In this document: one piece after another, positions 36,901 to 50,287 of the stretch
Position numbering within the stretch: position 1 is the stretch's first letter
Layout of the letters: every line of letters starts with the position of its first letter
Source of the DNA: Girardia tigrina
Taxonomy: Eukaryota
Length of the DNA stretch: 57,990 nucleotides
Direction of reading: 5' to 3'
Assembly: GCA_001938485.1 (NCBI GenBank)
Contig: MQRK01240826.1
Span: forward strand, 1 to 57,990
The notes under the pieces: model-generated
What the model was told of the DNA's origin: nothing
What the model saw: only the letters and a program-made list of their open reading frames with translations
Database searches by the model: none
Made by a program: the position numbers and the translations under genes

Positions 36901-38502
36901 TTTTTATTTGGGGTAAATAAAAAAAATATTTTCAATTTTTGTGTGTAATATAGAAATACAATACCCTGTAAATCTACATTTGAATAGATTAATTTCAGAT
37001 TATAAGAATTAAAATATTAATCAACCATCTGATTAGGAGAGACACAATCCCAAATCAACACACAACATTTAAATATGTAAACACTACAAAAAAAATCAAT
37101 ACACCAAATATTCCTCACAGTACATGTTATGATATGATGTATAATTTGTTGATTAATTAGTAATGAGAAAGCACTAGTAGTTTTTTCACAACATTCTTTA
37201 TAATGTTTCTTTTTGCATTTTCTGTAGGTCCCATTTTTTTCTTGAAAATTTTGTTTTGGTTTCATTATGGAGAGAATACAGATTTGATTTCATTTCAAAT
37301 AGTTCCATCGTAAGCAATTTCAATTTGCTGATCTTCATTCTCATCGAAATATGACGGTAATCTTACAATTTTTCTTTTACATACTTTGCGTATGTTTTAT
37401 TCTTCACTATCACTGCCTAAGAATACATAAACTTTCCCTTTCTCAAACTGGACCTCTGAAATATTTCTTGATTTACAGTCAAGTTTGGATAAATCTTCGC
37501 ATATATTTGTTATATCTCCAATAAATTTCGTTCTTTTCGAATGTGTCAGCATTTTCAGGGTAAAATTTCTAACCGAAAAATTAATTACCTTAAATTATTT
37601 ATCTTTCTAATTGTAATACCTCTTTAGCAACATTTTTCTTTTGGTGTGTGAGATTTTTTATGTTGTTCTCTTTTTTTTTATTTTGTGAATTTTTTTTGTA
37701 GCTTGGTCCATGTCTTACCTAGATACGTTTAATGAATGGTAATCGACTTTGTAATTTGTATTTTTTTATTTTAATCATTTTTTAAATGTTATATAATCAA
37801 AGTTTACATAATTCTAGAAAAGAATTATGTAAGCAAAAATAATCAAAGACAGAAATTAAAGAAAGTAAAAGATAAATAAAAGAAATTACGAATTATATTT
37901 TTCCCTCTCCATTATGTTTTATAACCCTGACGATTATTTAATTATAAATTTCAATTAGCAATTTTGAATTTAATTTGAAGATCATTAAATTCATCTCAAA
38001 TTAAAATGAATTATTATTCCTGTCTGTGAATAATTACTTGGCTCGTAAATTATGTTGGCCGTATAATTATTATTTCCCTCAACAATTTTTGACTGTACTA
38101 TTGACTCTATACAATTATTTATCCGACTCAATTATTTTTTTCGACAATACTAACATTATTCGGTACTACCAAAGGCGGATCCAGGAGGGGGTAAAGGGGG
38201 AAATTAACCTCCCCTGCATCCGCCCTGGCCTCTAAACATACCTGAGTTATACGCAATGAAACAAAAAGTTCAAGCTCTGCAGAACCCTTTTGATGATTTG
38301 TCTGACGAAGATTTTCATGATTTTCAAACATTTAAAGTTGTGTATTTATCTAGTACAGGGTTTTTCATTTAAACTCGTCTTTTTTGAATTAAAATTCTTG
38401 TTTTTTTGCATTCAAATAACCCCCTGAAATCTAAAATTTAAACAAAAAGGCATTGTTGCGGGATTGAGGGCTTTGAAAAAGAAAACGAAAATTTTATTGG
38501 TT

Positions 38503-38541
38503 CCCAACGTTTCGAAGTTTAATTATAACTTTCTCAGGAGT
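38503..38541 (-). ncRNA. Hammerhead-like remnant, degenerate
   Basis: CUC-CUGAGA-AAGUU..AACUU-C-GAAACGUU/GGG followed by AATAAA; the core lacks one nucleotide. Confidence 0.35.
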
Positions 38542-39501
38542 TCAATAATCTGATGAGCTATAAGGCCATCTTCTACAGAACTTATTTTGTTTAAATACAT
38601 TATAAGAAAATACACGTAGAATTTTAGAATTCCGGGAATATTTCACATAAAAATAAAAAAATCCGTGAATACATAACATGTATCCATGATGTTTTCATGA
38701 CCGATCAAAATGACAGGTTCGTATATTTAGGTATAACACAAAGTTATCTCTAAAAATTAGAAACGTAAAAAAAATAATTCATAATCTTAGTCTATACACA
38801 AATTTAATAAAAATCATTGCATTATCGTAAAATATTAAAGAGGAAATGGTATAAATAAATGATGCAACCGGCCATTTTGACCGGTTCAGAGTTCTAGTGT
38901 TAATGTTACCATTGTCTTATTTAAAAGTACGATTTTTCATAAACCGAATGGTGTTTTTTATTTCAAATATAATGATAATAATTCAAAGATTATCAAATTC
39001 TTAATGAAATTTCTGAAAAACAGAAAGCACAATATTAATACCAGTAAAATAATTGTTAATTTTTTACATTATTTCAAATGAATTTAAATCCCAGAAAAAA
39101 TATCAAATAAACCAAAAAAATTAATACAAAAATTATTTAAACATATAAATTTTCCTAAGCTACATAAATGATTTTTCCTTGTTTTCTAAAAATAATTTAA
39201 ATTTCAATCTTTTTATTTTAAACCTAAAGTTTAGGTTAAAAAATTTGTATCGAATTTCTATTCAAATAAATGCATTTTATTCAATTTAATGCAAAATAAA
39301 TCACATTCAATCGAAACAATTTGTCCTAATTAAAAACTGCATTTCTTTTAATCGACTAACAAACATCAATTTATTTACTTTAACAGCGATTTTTTAAATG
39401 CGACTTTCGGAGTTTTTAATTTTCGTTATTTCAATTCAATTATTCCGTTTTTAATATTTTTTGGTGAAATAATGGCAAATTAAATAATTGAACGAGAACA
39501 A

Positions 39502-39549
39502 ATGATTTGCGATGTAATGCCGACGATTTCCGAAGATGCGAATTCTCAG
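39502..39549 (+). CDS. PPFIA: Liprin-alpha (PPFIA/SYD-2), first coding exon
   Basis: MICDVMPTISEDANSQ matches the conserved liprin-alpha start MMC(D/E)VMPTISED. Ends CAG|GT in phase 0. Confidence 0.9.
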
Positions 39550-40149
39550 GTTTTATTTCGCTTTGTCTTTAATTATTGAGATTTATTCCGATTGAAATAA
39601 GTTTTTTCGACATTTTCCGAATATTTTCATACGAATTTGAGATATTAATTTGATTACGTTTTATTATTAATTAAAAAATTGGGAATATTTATTTCATAAA
39701 CAAACGTTTGATTATTAAACGATGATTTTTTTGCTTTAATAACGATTGGAGTAAATTTATAGATGGCTTTGGATGGCATTTACTATTATATATACTGAGA
39801 TTTACACTTGCATTTTGGGTTTATAAGGAGGAGATTTCTCACTGAATGAATATAGACTATTTTGCAATATACCGAAACAAAGATTACCTATTTCCACTTA
39901 ATCCGTATTTATTTTCTGTTTAAAGTCCACATCATGGCGATTATCTTCTTCCAACTATTTTCACAATTATTACGATTATTCTTCATCATAACATTACTGA
40001 AAACTTAGATTTGTTCAAATATCAGGGGAAGTGAAAGTTTGCGGCTGTCAGATATGTCTGTTATGCAAAAGGATTGCGAAACAATGGATACTGAGATCAC
40101 AACTGGTCTTCCATATCTATTTTGATATGCCAAATTTGTTGATTTGAAT

Positions 40150-40930
40150 CTGGAGGTCGTGAGAAATTACGATAGCTTATTATGTATAATAATAGAAAGG
40201 TTTTACCCGGTAAAAAGTTATCCTAGTTTAATATTAAAGTTAAATATTCTTAGGGATAACCTGCATTCAAACAAACAAATAAAACACAATATTAAGGTTA
40301 CATTAAAACAAATTAGGTACGAAAACATGGGTTAAGAAAGGTTTAAATGAAAAGAACATTGAAGAGCACAAACAAATAATCGAAATACCATATTCTGAAG
40401 GATTAAAATCATTTAAAAAGAGTATTTACTAGAATATAAGTAGTGTCCAAGTGGTTTCAATAGCTTTCAAAGTTCAAAGCTTCCTCTCGAATTAGTGGAT
40501 TTCAACCTAATCTGATTTATAAATTTTATTGTCATGAGTGTAAAAACTCGTACATTGCCGAGATAAATCGTCATCTCAAAACCCGGATTAATGAACATTT
40601 ACAATTAAGTCGATCGATTGTTATAATTGGATAATAATATAACTATACCAAAACATTTTTTAGAACTTGAATGTTGAACATGCTTCGGAATTTTATATTC
40701 TATCATCAAAATAATTATAATTAAAATTATAATTATAATTTATCATTAAAATGTGTTAGTTTTATAAAAAGTTAGTTTTAAAGGATTGACATTTAGATTT
40801 ATTTTAATTAATCAAGATATTATTTGGTAATATTTATAATTAGATAGTATTCAAAACTTACACATATAAATTAAAACTGCTGATAATGGAATACGAAATT
40901 CCTAAACATGTGCAATAATCCATTTCTCAA
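40150..40930 (+). mobile_element. Penelope-like element 3' remnant in liprin intron 1
   Basis: KQIIEIPYSEG; FYCHECKNSYIAEINRHLKTRINEH (GIY-YIG with CCHH motif). Confidence 0.75.
40876..40916 (+). ncRNA. Hammerhead ribozyme, degenerate (three core substitutions)
   Basis: CUGAUAA-U-GGAAU(acgaa)AUUCC-UAAA-CAUG-UG/CAAU. Confidence 0.5.
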
Positions 40931-42729
40931 AAAGCTTTAACAAAGATATTTTTCAAAAACATCAAATTAATGCCCGATATATATAAAAAATAATTTTGTT
41001 AAAGTTTTTTTAAGACATTAATTTTTAAATATGTATCAAAATTTCGTTTTTGATCATCTGCAATTATAATAATTAAATAAATGAACGTATTTTAAAAATT
41101 AGAGATAAAAAATTTTGATATTATCATATTATTATATTATATGATTAATAATAAGTAAAAGAGATATAGTTAAACATTGCAATGTAAGTATGATTTACTT
41201 ATCAAAATGACAAATAAAATTTTTAACAGTATGATAGTTTTACTATGTCCTTTTGCATGTTTATAAAAGGGTTCTGATGTCTGATTAATAATGACGTGCA
41301 AAACTGTCTTTAAAAATTGAAAATTAATCCTTTACATCAGATGATCTTCTATTCTTACATGTCTCCAATTGATCATAGTCCTTACTCGTCTGACTTAGTT
41401 GTATGTGCTCGGTAATAGGATTACGGCAATGACGATATGACTCTCCAACGTATGAATTTTGACCTCTGCGAAATAAAAATGAATATCGTACCGAATCTCA
41501 TCACAAATTTAAAAACGTGATCAAAAAGATATAAGTGAAACCGCATTTATGTTCAACAGGTCCCTCCAACTATTATAATACAAATCAAACGAAACGAAAT
41601 TATAAATTATTTAAATACAAATTCAAAAAAACAAAAGAAAATTTTTAAAAGGATAATAAACAGCCACAAATAAAATAAAGGAATAATAAAGAAAGTTTCT
41701 GGGATTTCAACCTGTAAAGTCGTCTCGATTTTGTTATTTAGTGCTCAAGGTAATGTGTTTCATGTTCACGAGTAAGGTTTCCCTCTAATTCAAATTCGAT
41801 TTTCTACAGTGATCAAAAGTTTATTTCTTCTTTTTCTCTTCGTTATTATTTTAATATATTTTCATTTTGTTATTATAGTAAATATAATCGTTAGTTAAAA
41901 TCAGCTATTTATTCTTTATTTATTTATAATTAAATCAAAGGAAGTTAATAGAAAAATATCTATTAGCTTTCTTTTGCTATATCAATAAAGAACAAACGTC
42001 TGAAAACACTACTTTAAAGATAGCTGGACTGTGAATTTTAAGAGATAAAAAAACAGAAACTATATCGAAATAACATCCACTGGATATAATATAATATAAT
42101 AATGAAAACTAAAATAAAAAATTTGCTTATACAAAATTTATTTTGTGAAAATAATCTCATACATTTTGAAACTTTCAGATTATAATAAAATGAAAGTATT
42201 ATAAAATGAATATTATTTAAGTAGTGCACTAAAAAATGTCTGTTATTTGAACGTCTTCCTTAGTTTTATATTTAATTTATTCATCTAACTATTTTTTGTA
42301 TTTATAATTTATAATACTGATTTGCATTATTGTATCTTTAGAAAACATGAAATTATTAATTATTTCTAACAAAAGTTTTATGAATATAATAATTTATTTT
42401 CAAATTATTTGAAACTTTTAGTTTTAATAATTTGTTAATTTCGAAATGTTAACAACCAAAACTCATGTAAAAATTTTCTTTTATTCGTTTCATAATGAAG
42501 AGTGTTCTGAAATTCGACGAAACTAAACTTGTCCAAATTTACCTTCTGCTCGGTATAATGTTTGATACAAAATGACCTTAATCTAAATAAGTAAACGACC
42601 ACTATGAGGGGTCATTGGTACTGAGATTTTGGTTATGTTTTCACAAATCCTTTTATTGGCACTTGAAATAGTGCATAAAAACACCAAGGTATTAATATCA
42701 TAAGATAAAATGTTTCACATGTGTATTTA

Positions 42730-45350
42730 TTTAATCAGTCTGATAATATAGTTTACTTCATTTTGTTTCTCCTTTCCCAAGCATCACTTTCTAAGCTCCA
42801 ATAATGTGCACTATCGATTCGGAGTCCCTGCACAGAAATAATTTAAATTTCTTTATCATATCTAACTGCATTCATGGATGGCACTTTTTCACTTTCAGTT
42901 TCATCTTCAACCTGAGATTCAATCTCATCAGTTACTTCAACCTCGATGTCTTAATGGGTTTCTCTCATTTCATACAGTAAAAACTGAAAAATATTTTCCT
43001 CACTGCAATTCTCAAAAAGTTCAAAATGATCGTCAAATTCAAAGAAATCATTTACATACACTAAATATTGAATTTCCAAAGCGTTCCTAGCTGTATCAAA
43101 AATTTCTAGCATTGATTTATCTTATTGTAAACTTGTGTGCACAGTCTAATTCTTGATCTGCAAACCGGTGTGAAATAAAATTTCCCCCCCACTATAAAAT
43201 TTCCCTCCATCCACGAAATGTTTCAAAATATTTACTCCCATGTCACGAATTTTTTTTATGAAATTTACTCCCCCTCTGTAAAATTTTCATCCACACCCAA
43301 AGTTTTTTTGAAATATTTTCTCCTCTGTCACGAATTTTTTAATGAAACTTTCTGCCAACTATAAAATTTCCTTTTCATTCTCATTAAAATTTTATCTTCA
43401 GAATAGAAAACTACAGTCGACAAACAACAATGCACATAAAATTTAAATAATTTTTCTATTTACTAGTAATAACGGGCTCACAATGTTCATCACTGTGTGC
43501 AAGCAAGATGACATATTCTGATGCCTTATCAAGAGAAAATGATGCAGAATACCGCAGCCACTTTTTACCATCACAACCATATGAGGAGTGGACTAAAATA
43601 TCTGTTTTCAAAATTGATACTGTTTCTAAAATTTCATCATCTGTAACCCATACACCATCCATCCACATACTTGATTCATTTAAGTAGCTGTTCATATTTT
43701 TATTCATGTATTTTTTTGAAAGCTCTCTGCATACCGTGTTCATGTGTTGGATTTCGAAGAATCGTATGTTATGATTGAGAACCAGGAAGAATATCCAAAA
43801 TAGATTTAAAAAAACAATTTCAACTGGCACTCTTCTGTTTCCCTATTAGAAATGACCAGTGATTCTGGAGACTTTTGCTTGTATAAACGCACTTAGTGCA
43901 ATGGGGAAATTGGCAATAAAACATGCCCTTATCCGTTATATTATCAATCCGAAAATTCAGCACGATACTATGAATTACTCTTGGACAGTCCTCATCAGTT
44001 ACACTGACAGACACTGGCATATCATTTTCCGAGTTTTTAATTTCATAGTTCTTCAATCTTAAATAGGTTTTTATTTCTAACATTCTTGTGTCTTCCTGCA
44101 GCATAAAGAATGACTTTTAAAATCAAGACAAGAATAAAATATTTGAAAACGTCGTCATTCCAGAACCTCTTTCAATATTTTTACGCTTTTCTATCTCCAT
44201 ATACGGTAAAATTTTATTGGGGATGCAATTTATATTGAATGTAGATCATATAATCGGATAGGTTAAACTATATATTGGATATTTTGCCCATTTTTTATGG
44301 TTCTAAAATTAAATATGAATACATTTTCTCGATAACACTAAATTATCCGTAGAGTTAGGTGACTTTGGAAGTTTTAAAATTCATTATTGGCTTGATTGTT
44401 ATTATCCAAGTTCAAACGTTATTAAATAAATTTAGCGTTATGTGGAGGGAAATTTTTTAATGTGAGGGGAAATTTTATGCATAAAATTTTGTTGCTGGAT
44501 AGAAATTTTTAAAATATTTCGTGACATGGGAGTAGATATTTTAAAAAATTTCGTGGATGGAGGGAAATTTTATGCCACACCGCCTTTCATAAAGCATGTT
44601 TTTATTTTTTCATGATTCAATTTCTGTCATGTTTCGGAAATCCTGAACACTACATCCAAAATGGTGGTTACTTTCACCGATTCGCTATGCAAATTTGCAT
44701 GTAGACTTGAATTTTAATTTCCTAGTTTTCAGCACAACAGATTTGAGAAAAAGTTTGCTGTATTCACTTTTCAAGCAACAAATAACTTCTTGGTCCAGCG
44801 GTTGAATTTTAGAAGTTTTGTTTCGTGGCAAATTAAATCATCTTAACATTTGATAATACCAAACTTTGGTGTGCTGAGCATCTGCCAATGAACAAAAAAA
44901 TATTTTCCTTTCATCTTTATTGTATTATCGAGTTCCTTAAACCAAGTATAAAATATTGCACTTGTCATCCAACTCTTCTTGCTGTGTTTCAAGGTGATAT
45001 TATCTTACCATGTACACAGGTGCACCAATTTCATCTTCCAATCAACAACAGCATTTGCAGCGACGAATCCAGATTCGCCACAGATAGCTTTCATTTCGAT
45101 GTTGTATGATCTTTTGAAACTGTCTAACTATCTACTTGTTGGAACAAAATTACTTCTTTCAATTTCTTGGGTAAATAGATTGAAAAGATTAATAATTACA
45201 ATTTGTAAGTAATTACCGATAACTGTTTTCTTGGAACCTAATTATCGATTCCTGACCGAAAGAATCACAATGAAATTTTTAAGCATTTGTTAACTATCAG
45301 CGTCAGTTAAACAACGTAGTTTTTATATCAATAAGTGAATACATTTTTAC
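42730..45350 (-). mobile_element. Tigger/pogo transposase remnant, interrupted by the Ginger element
   Basis: *LDSFKRSYNIEMKAICGESG; SKKSWMTSAIFYTWF; TSKIQPLDQEVI; TCFMKAG restored across the insertion. Confidence 0.8.
43169..44579 (-). mobile_element. Ginger1-type DNA transposon derivative carrying zinc-finger and OTU-protease remnants
   Basis: CCGG|TGTG...CACA|CCGC. Long repetitive TIRs (ATAAAATTTCCCTCCATCCACGAAA...ACTCCCATGTCACGAA). OTU-like motifs NCFFKSI, GVWVTDDEI and HCEPV. Confidence 0.8.
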
Positions 45351-46354
45351 GAGGAAGGTACACGCAGTCCATGAACTTTTCTTTATCAACACCCGCGTCT
45401 ACACATTGCTTCATGTTACAGCAAGAATCTTCATCACGCATGCATGTACCATGAACTTAATAATTAGTTAGATGATTGTACAATTATCTAATTGAATGTT
45501 AATTAATGTACTCTTTAGTGCCGTACTAGTTGACACCTAACTGAATGACTGGTCTTCCTGGATGTGGTGCATAATTTCACATTGCTGTCATTTGTGCATT
45601 GATCAGTTGCAATTTGCATGGTTTCCCGTTTTCTCAACACGACATGTCTTCTTATGTTGACGAACCATCGCCAAGTGCTAAACATATAAAAAGCATAGCA
45701 TCATACTTTTTTGTCAGGCGTTCACATCCAAGTACCCAACATACATGATAATCAGGTGCCAGACTTATGAAAGATACGACATAATAGTTCAATATGTGCT
45801 TGATCGGTCCCGTTGAGATGTGTCCAACTTAGCCAGGTGCTCAACATAATAGGTTGCACTATTTTATGCAATCTATCAATAAACTCTTGTGTCGTAAAGC
45901 GAAGTATAACTATTTGGTAATTTTCGATATAATCTTACATATGCTAAAATCTTTTGAACCAAAATGCATACTTAAATACAGAAGTATTAGCTTTCTTAAA
46001 CTTGAATTTGGAGTTTCTTTAGGAATCATACCGTTATCATGCAGTAAAAAGAGATATTTAAGAAGAATTTCTTCAATATAAGTACATAATCTTCGAACAT
46101 AACCAAAACTTGTTCCGATTTATGTTATTAATTAAAATATTATTTTTATTGTATACTATACTGAAATATTATTTTTTTTGTTTAAATAGTTCTATTTTGA
46201 TAATTAAGTGTTGTATTTAGTCATTTTAAAATATTAAAAACATTTTATAGTGTAAATAAAAAAATAATATAATTATCACAATATTTTCAAATCCTAACAA
46301 TTTCTTTGATATTTTATTTTAACTTAAGAAATTAAATGTAAAAAATAAAAATAG

Positions 46355-46552
46355 GGTGAACGAGATTCCCAAATTAGCGGAGAAGGAGCAAACGTGGAAG
46401 AAATGCTTCTGAGTATGCTGGATGAACGAGATCGATTAATGGAAGGTTTAAGAGAAGTGCAAGAACATTTGATAGTAACTCAGGGGAAACTAGAAGAATG
46501 TGAAAAAGATAAATTATCTCTACAGAAGCAAATGGCTGATACCATGCCACAG
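46355..46552 (+). CDS. PPFIA: Liprin-alpha (PPFIA/SYD-2), second coding exon (LH1 coiled coil)
   Basis: AG|GERDSQISGEGANVEEMLLSMLDERDRLMEGLREVQ...LQKQMADTMPQ|GT. Carries the MLDERDRL signature; 198 nt, phase 0/0. Confidence 0.95.
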
Positions 46553-47330
46553 GTTTGTTGATTTAAGTTTTATAAATGATAATAGTAATAAATATTATAA
46601 TGTTGAAATTATTTAAACATAATTTGATATAAAATACATTTTATTTTTTGATGAAGAAAATTTTAATTAAGTTTTTTTAAATTAAGTTTGGATTTTGTTT
46701 CTATAGTTCAATAATATTTATGAACTTTAGATAGTATAAGAATGTATTGAAATATTATTTTGATCGAAAGGAATTATTATTTCTCTATTGGGAATAATAT
46801 ATCTTTTTTATTGATTGACACGGTGTTTCGAGACAAAATAATATTGTGATTTTTTAAGATTAAATATATATATGTAAATATTTTAGTTGAATGTTATTGG
46901 ATAATTTTTATTTCCTTTATTATTATTATGAAGTATTTTTTTATTAATTTTACATTGAATAATAATTGAATATATTTAATATTGACGCTGCTTTACTTTT
47001 CCCATTTTGTGTATTAATCAATGAGTTATAGTGTCTCCAATGGAAGAGACAAAAAAGTCATCTGCAAACATGAATTAGTAAACACGAACAGATGAGTAGA
47101 TCGGTTTCTGGTCTTTTCATACCTGGTCCATTTATACCCGGTCAGTTCATATTATGTCGTTTCTTAACCGGTCCATGCATACCCATGTCCTTTCCAAATG
47201 TTTGAATCCTTATATATAAGTATATTTTTCAATTAACTAGGATGAACTATGATGATAAATCAGATTTTAATGGATTCATATAAAACGAGTACAAACAAAT
47301 TTTATGCATTTTTTACATGTTCCGCTAGAT

Positions 47331-48805
47331 CAGTATTTCTCAAACCATGTACCGCGGCACACTAATGTGCCATGGAAGAATGTCAGATGTGCCGCGGGTT
47401 TTTCTTTAAATGTTGGTAACATTATAAAAGTCGGACTACTTATTTTATAGTCCGCTGTGATGACGTCACCGTTCGTAACGACCAGTAATAGTAGCGTCAA
47501 ACCAAAACATAAATTTAAGCCACCCTGACAGTCACACAACAGTCGTGGAATTGTTAGCGATAATAGTATTTGGTGTGTTTCATATAATTTTCTTCTGTTG
47601 TATGCTTATATTTTACAATCTCAATTTTAGATTCTAAAATTATCAATAAATTTTATTGAATAAACGATATTCATTTTTATCCATGGAAAAACATGTTAGC
47701 AAGCACAAAACTGTGAAAGCGTTAAATAAAAAGCATGGAACCAAACGAAAATACAAAGAAGATTACATCGAGAATGGTTTCATATCTTCTGGACCAGAAG
47801 AGGATCCATTGCCATTCTGTCTGATCTGCAATTCAACTCTGTCAAATGAGGCGCTTGTTCAAAGCAAATTGAAGAGACACTTGGAAACGAAACATCCAGC
47901 TGTGAAAGAACAACCGAAACAATACTTCGAAAACACCAGGGTTCAACAAAATAAACAAGCTAAGAAATTTACAAACTACCTAAAGCTGCAAAAAAAGGGA
48001 TTGATGATTACAATTACAAAAAAACTGTGTCAGTGTCTGCAGCGATGGCTGCCCGTCCATGCAGGGAACTAAAAAGGGATTCGTCACTCTCGTGCTTCAA
48101 GAAAATCCAAATGTGTTGGTTGTTCACTGCATGATCCACCGAGAAGCTCTTGCCTTCAAATCTTTACCGAAAGATATGATTTCTGTTCTGAATCAAGTGA
48201 TTACAATTGTAAACTTCATCAAATCTCGACCCCTTGCATCGCGACTTTTCTCTCAGTTATGTGAATCGATGGATTCAGAGTATAAATGCCTCCTATATCA
48301 CACTAACGTTTGTTAACTTTCCAGAGGAAATGTGTTAAAGCGTGTCGTCCAACTCAAGGCTGAACTAATTTCGTTCTTAGAGACTGAACAAAAAGACTTT
48401 GAATTTTATAATCATGACGAGATCTGGTGGATTTGGGTTACATTTCTTTCTGATTTATTTGAAAAATTAAATTCACTGAATTTAAGTCTTCAATGGCCAT
48501 CAGAAAACATCATTACTGCATCCTCAAAACTGAAGTCATTTGGTGAAAAGTTGTTGCTGTGGCAACGTAAGATCTTAAAAGGAGTCTTCGACTGCTTTCC
48601 TACTTACAACGAATGTTCTTCCAATAAGGAAATCACCTCCGACATTATGTACACATTGACACATCTGCTGTAAGCACTGTAACATTACTTTCCAACACTG
48701 GCAAGTAATGAATATGGATGGGTCAGCCATCCATTTGGAAACTACGAAACTACAAATCTTATAACTGAAGAAGAGCAGCTCAATGATATAAAAAATGATG
48801 CATTT
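47331..48805 (+). mobile_element. hAT Buster/Charlie-type element, internally deleted and 3'-truncated
   Basis: TIR CAGTATTTCTCAAACCATGTACCGCGGCACAC after an 8-mer with central TA. BED finger CLIC...KLKRHLETKH; HCMIHREAL; NFIKSRPLASRLF. Confidence 0.9.
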
Positions 48806-48807
48806 CT

Positions 48808-50287
48808 TCAGTCCCAGACGCGTTGAACCTGTGTACGCACGGTTTCTTTACTATGGATATCACGCTCAGCTAAGTGCTTTTTCATAATGGCCCATAGATT
48901 TTCTATGGTGTTAATATCTGGGCTGTTGTTGGGCCAAGGAAGCACGAAGACGCCAGCATCACGTAGAAAGCAATTTGCCAATCTAGATGTATGCGCTGGA
49001 GCCTTGTGCATAAAGATTCCTGATCCATCTGGATACCATTGAGTAAAATTTGGCATTATCGAGTCTCGTAGAAGTGCTGTATAGGTTTGGGTATTAACAG
49101 AGCCCTGAACGAAGCGTAGAGTAGCTGCACCATGCCACGAGAACATGCTTCATATCATGATTTGAGCAGGGTGTTTTGTAGCAGGAAATGTTGGAGAGGC
49201 CATACCAGGCCCCTTCCACTGTCGACGAAGACCATTTACATGGACTTGAAACATAGACTCATCACTGAATGCCACCTAATAATATAAAATAGAGAGAAGC
49301 ATGTTTTACATGAAGGTTTTTATGAAAACAATTATTTTTAAAAATGCTCTAAACACTTGATAATTATCTATTTTTAATTATTTTAGCTAAGAACTGTCAA
49401 AATAACAATATCAGTTGTGACTTACTTTTTTCCAGTCATAAATAGTCCAAAGACGATGAGTGAGAGCAAATTGGAGCCGTTGCTTCTTCATACGATATGT
49501 GAGCATTTTGCACTTTTCTGACTGAAACACACTTGACATTTACATCTTTAAGCCGTCGACGCAGTGTTCTGTCAGCTCCCACTGATTGCAATGGCTGGCG
49601 AAGCTGAGAGGTAGTTGCTATGGGATTCTTTCTTAGATTTCTCACCAAAACTCGTTCATCCAATGCTGTTGTAATCCTTTTGCGGTCACACTTTCCTTTC
49701 CTATATGACCCTGACGTCCCACTTGCCATTTGACACTGAACTCTTGAGAAGCTTGTCTTAGACAAACCACACCTTCCAGCGATATTTCTAACAGTATGAT
49801 CGTACGTGGATAGCAGTGCTTCTACTCTTCCTCTTGGGCATGGTGAAATATCTTTACGTATACCCATGAATGAGCTGCAAGACGTATTATTTCGTCTTAT
49901 ATGGGGGCATGTGGGCATCTGTTGAAAGGCTACTAATCAGAAAGAGGGTAGGAAGGTCATAAAAATAACTGCTTGTTACCACTGGAAATGTACTATCTGA
50001 CCTTGTATATACTGTCTGACCTCATCTACTGCACATTGTTGACTTCCTTCAGCACTTAAAGCAACGTGACATGACCTGCAATTATGTATCACATGTGATG
50101 CATCATCCATACAAGCCTGCAATTTGCCTATCATAGACGCCCAAGGTGTTGCTTCTAAATATTAACAGTCATAATATTGCTTTAATGCTTTCTTATATAC
50201 AATCAACTGCTTAGTGTTTCTTAGTTTTCAATAAATACATAAGAAACTGAAATTTCAAGCTTGTCCCTAATAATTTGCTGGGTACTG
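48808..50287 (-). mobile_element. Tc1-like (DD34E-type) element with a spliceosomal intron, 3'-truncated
   Basis: TA|CAGTACCCAGC terminus; YDWKK|gtaagt..ttag|VAFSDES (intron 49276-49425); WPNNSPDINTIENLW. Confidence 0.88.

Noticed and set aside
38170-38903. Isolated hAT-like end (38171) and piggyBac-like end (~38870-38903)
   Set aside because: The partner termini and TSDs were not found.
42490-42535. Hammerhead-like TGAAGA...GAAAC...GTC
   Set aside because: C3 is missing and stems I and II are not convincing.
45400-46090. Coding-like decayed segments (also 11820-12300, 33830-34310, 37020-37730, 50400-51300, 55400-55720)
   Set aside because: Stop-riddled, with no motif I can assign confidently. 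Probably old TE debris; a translated HMM search is needed.
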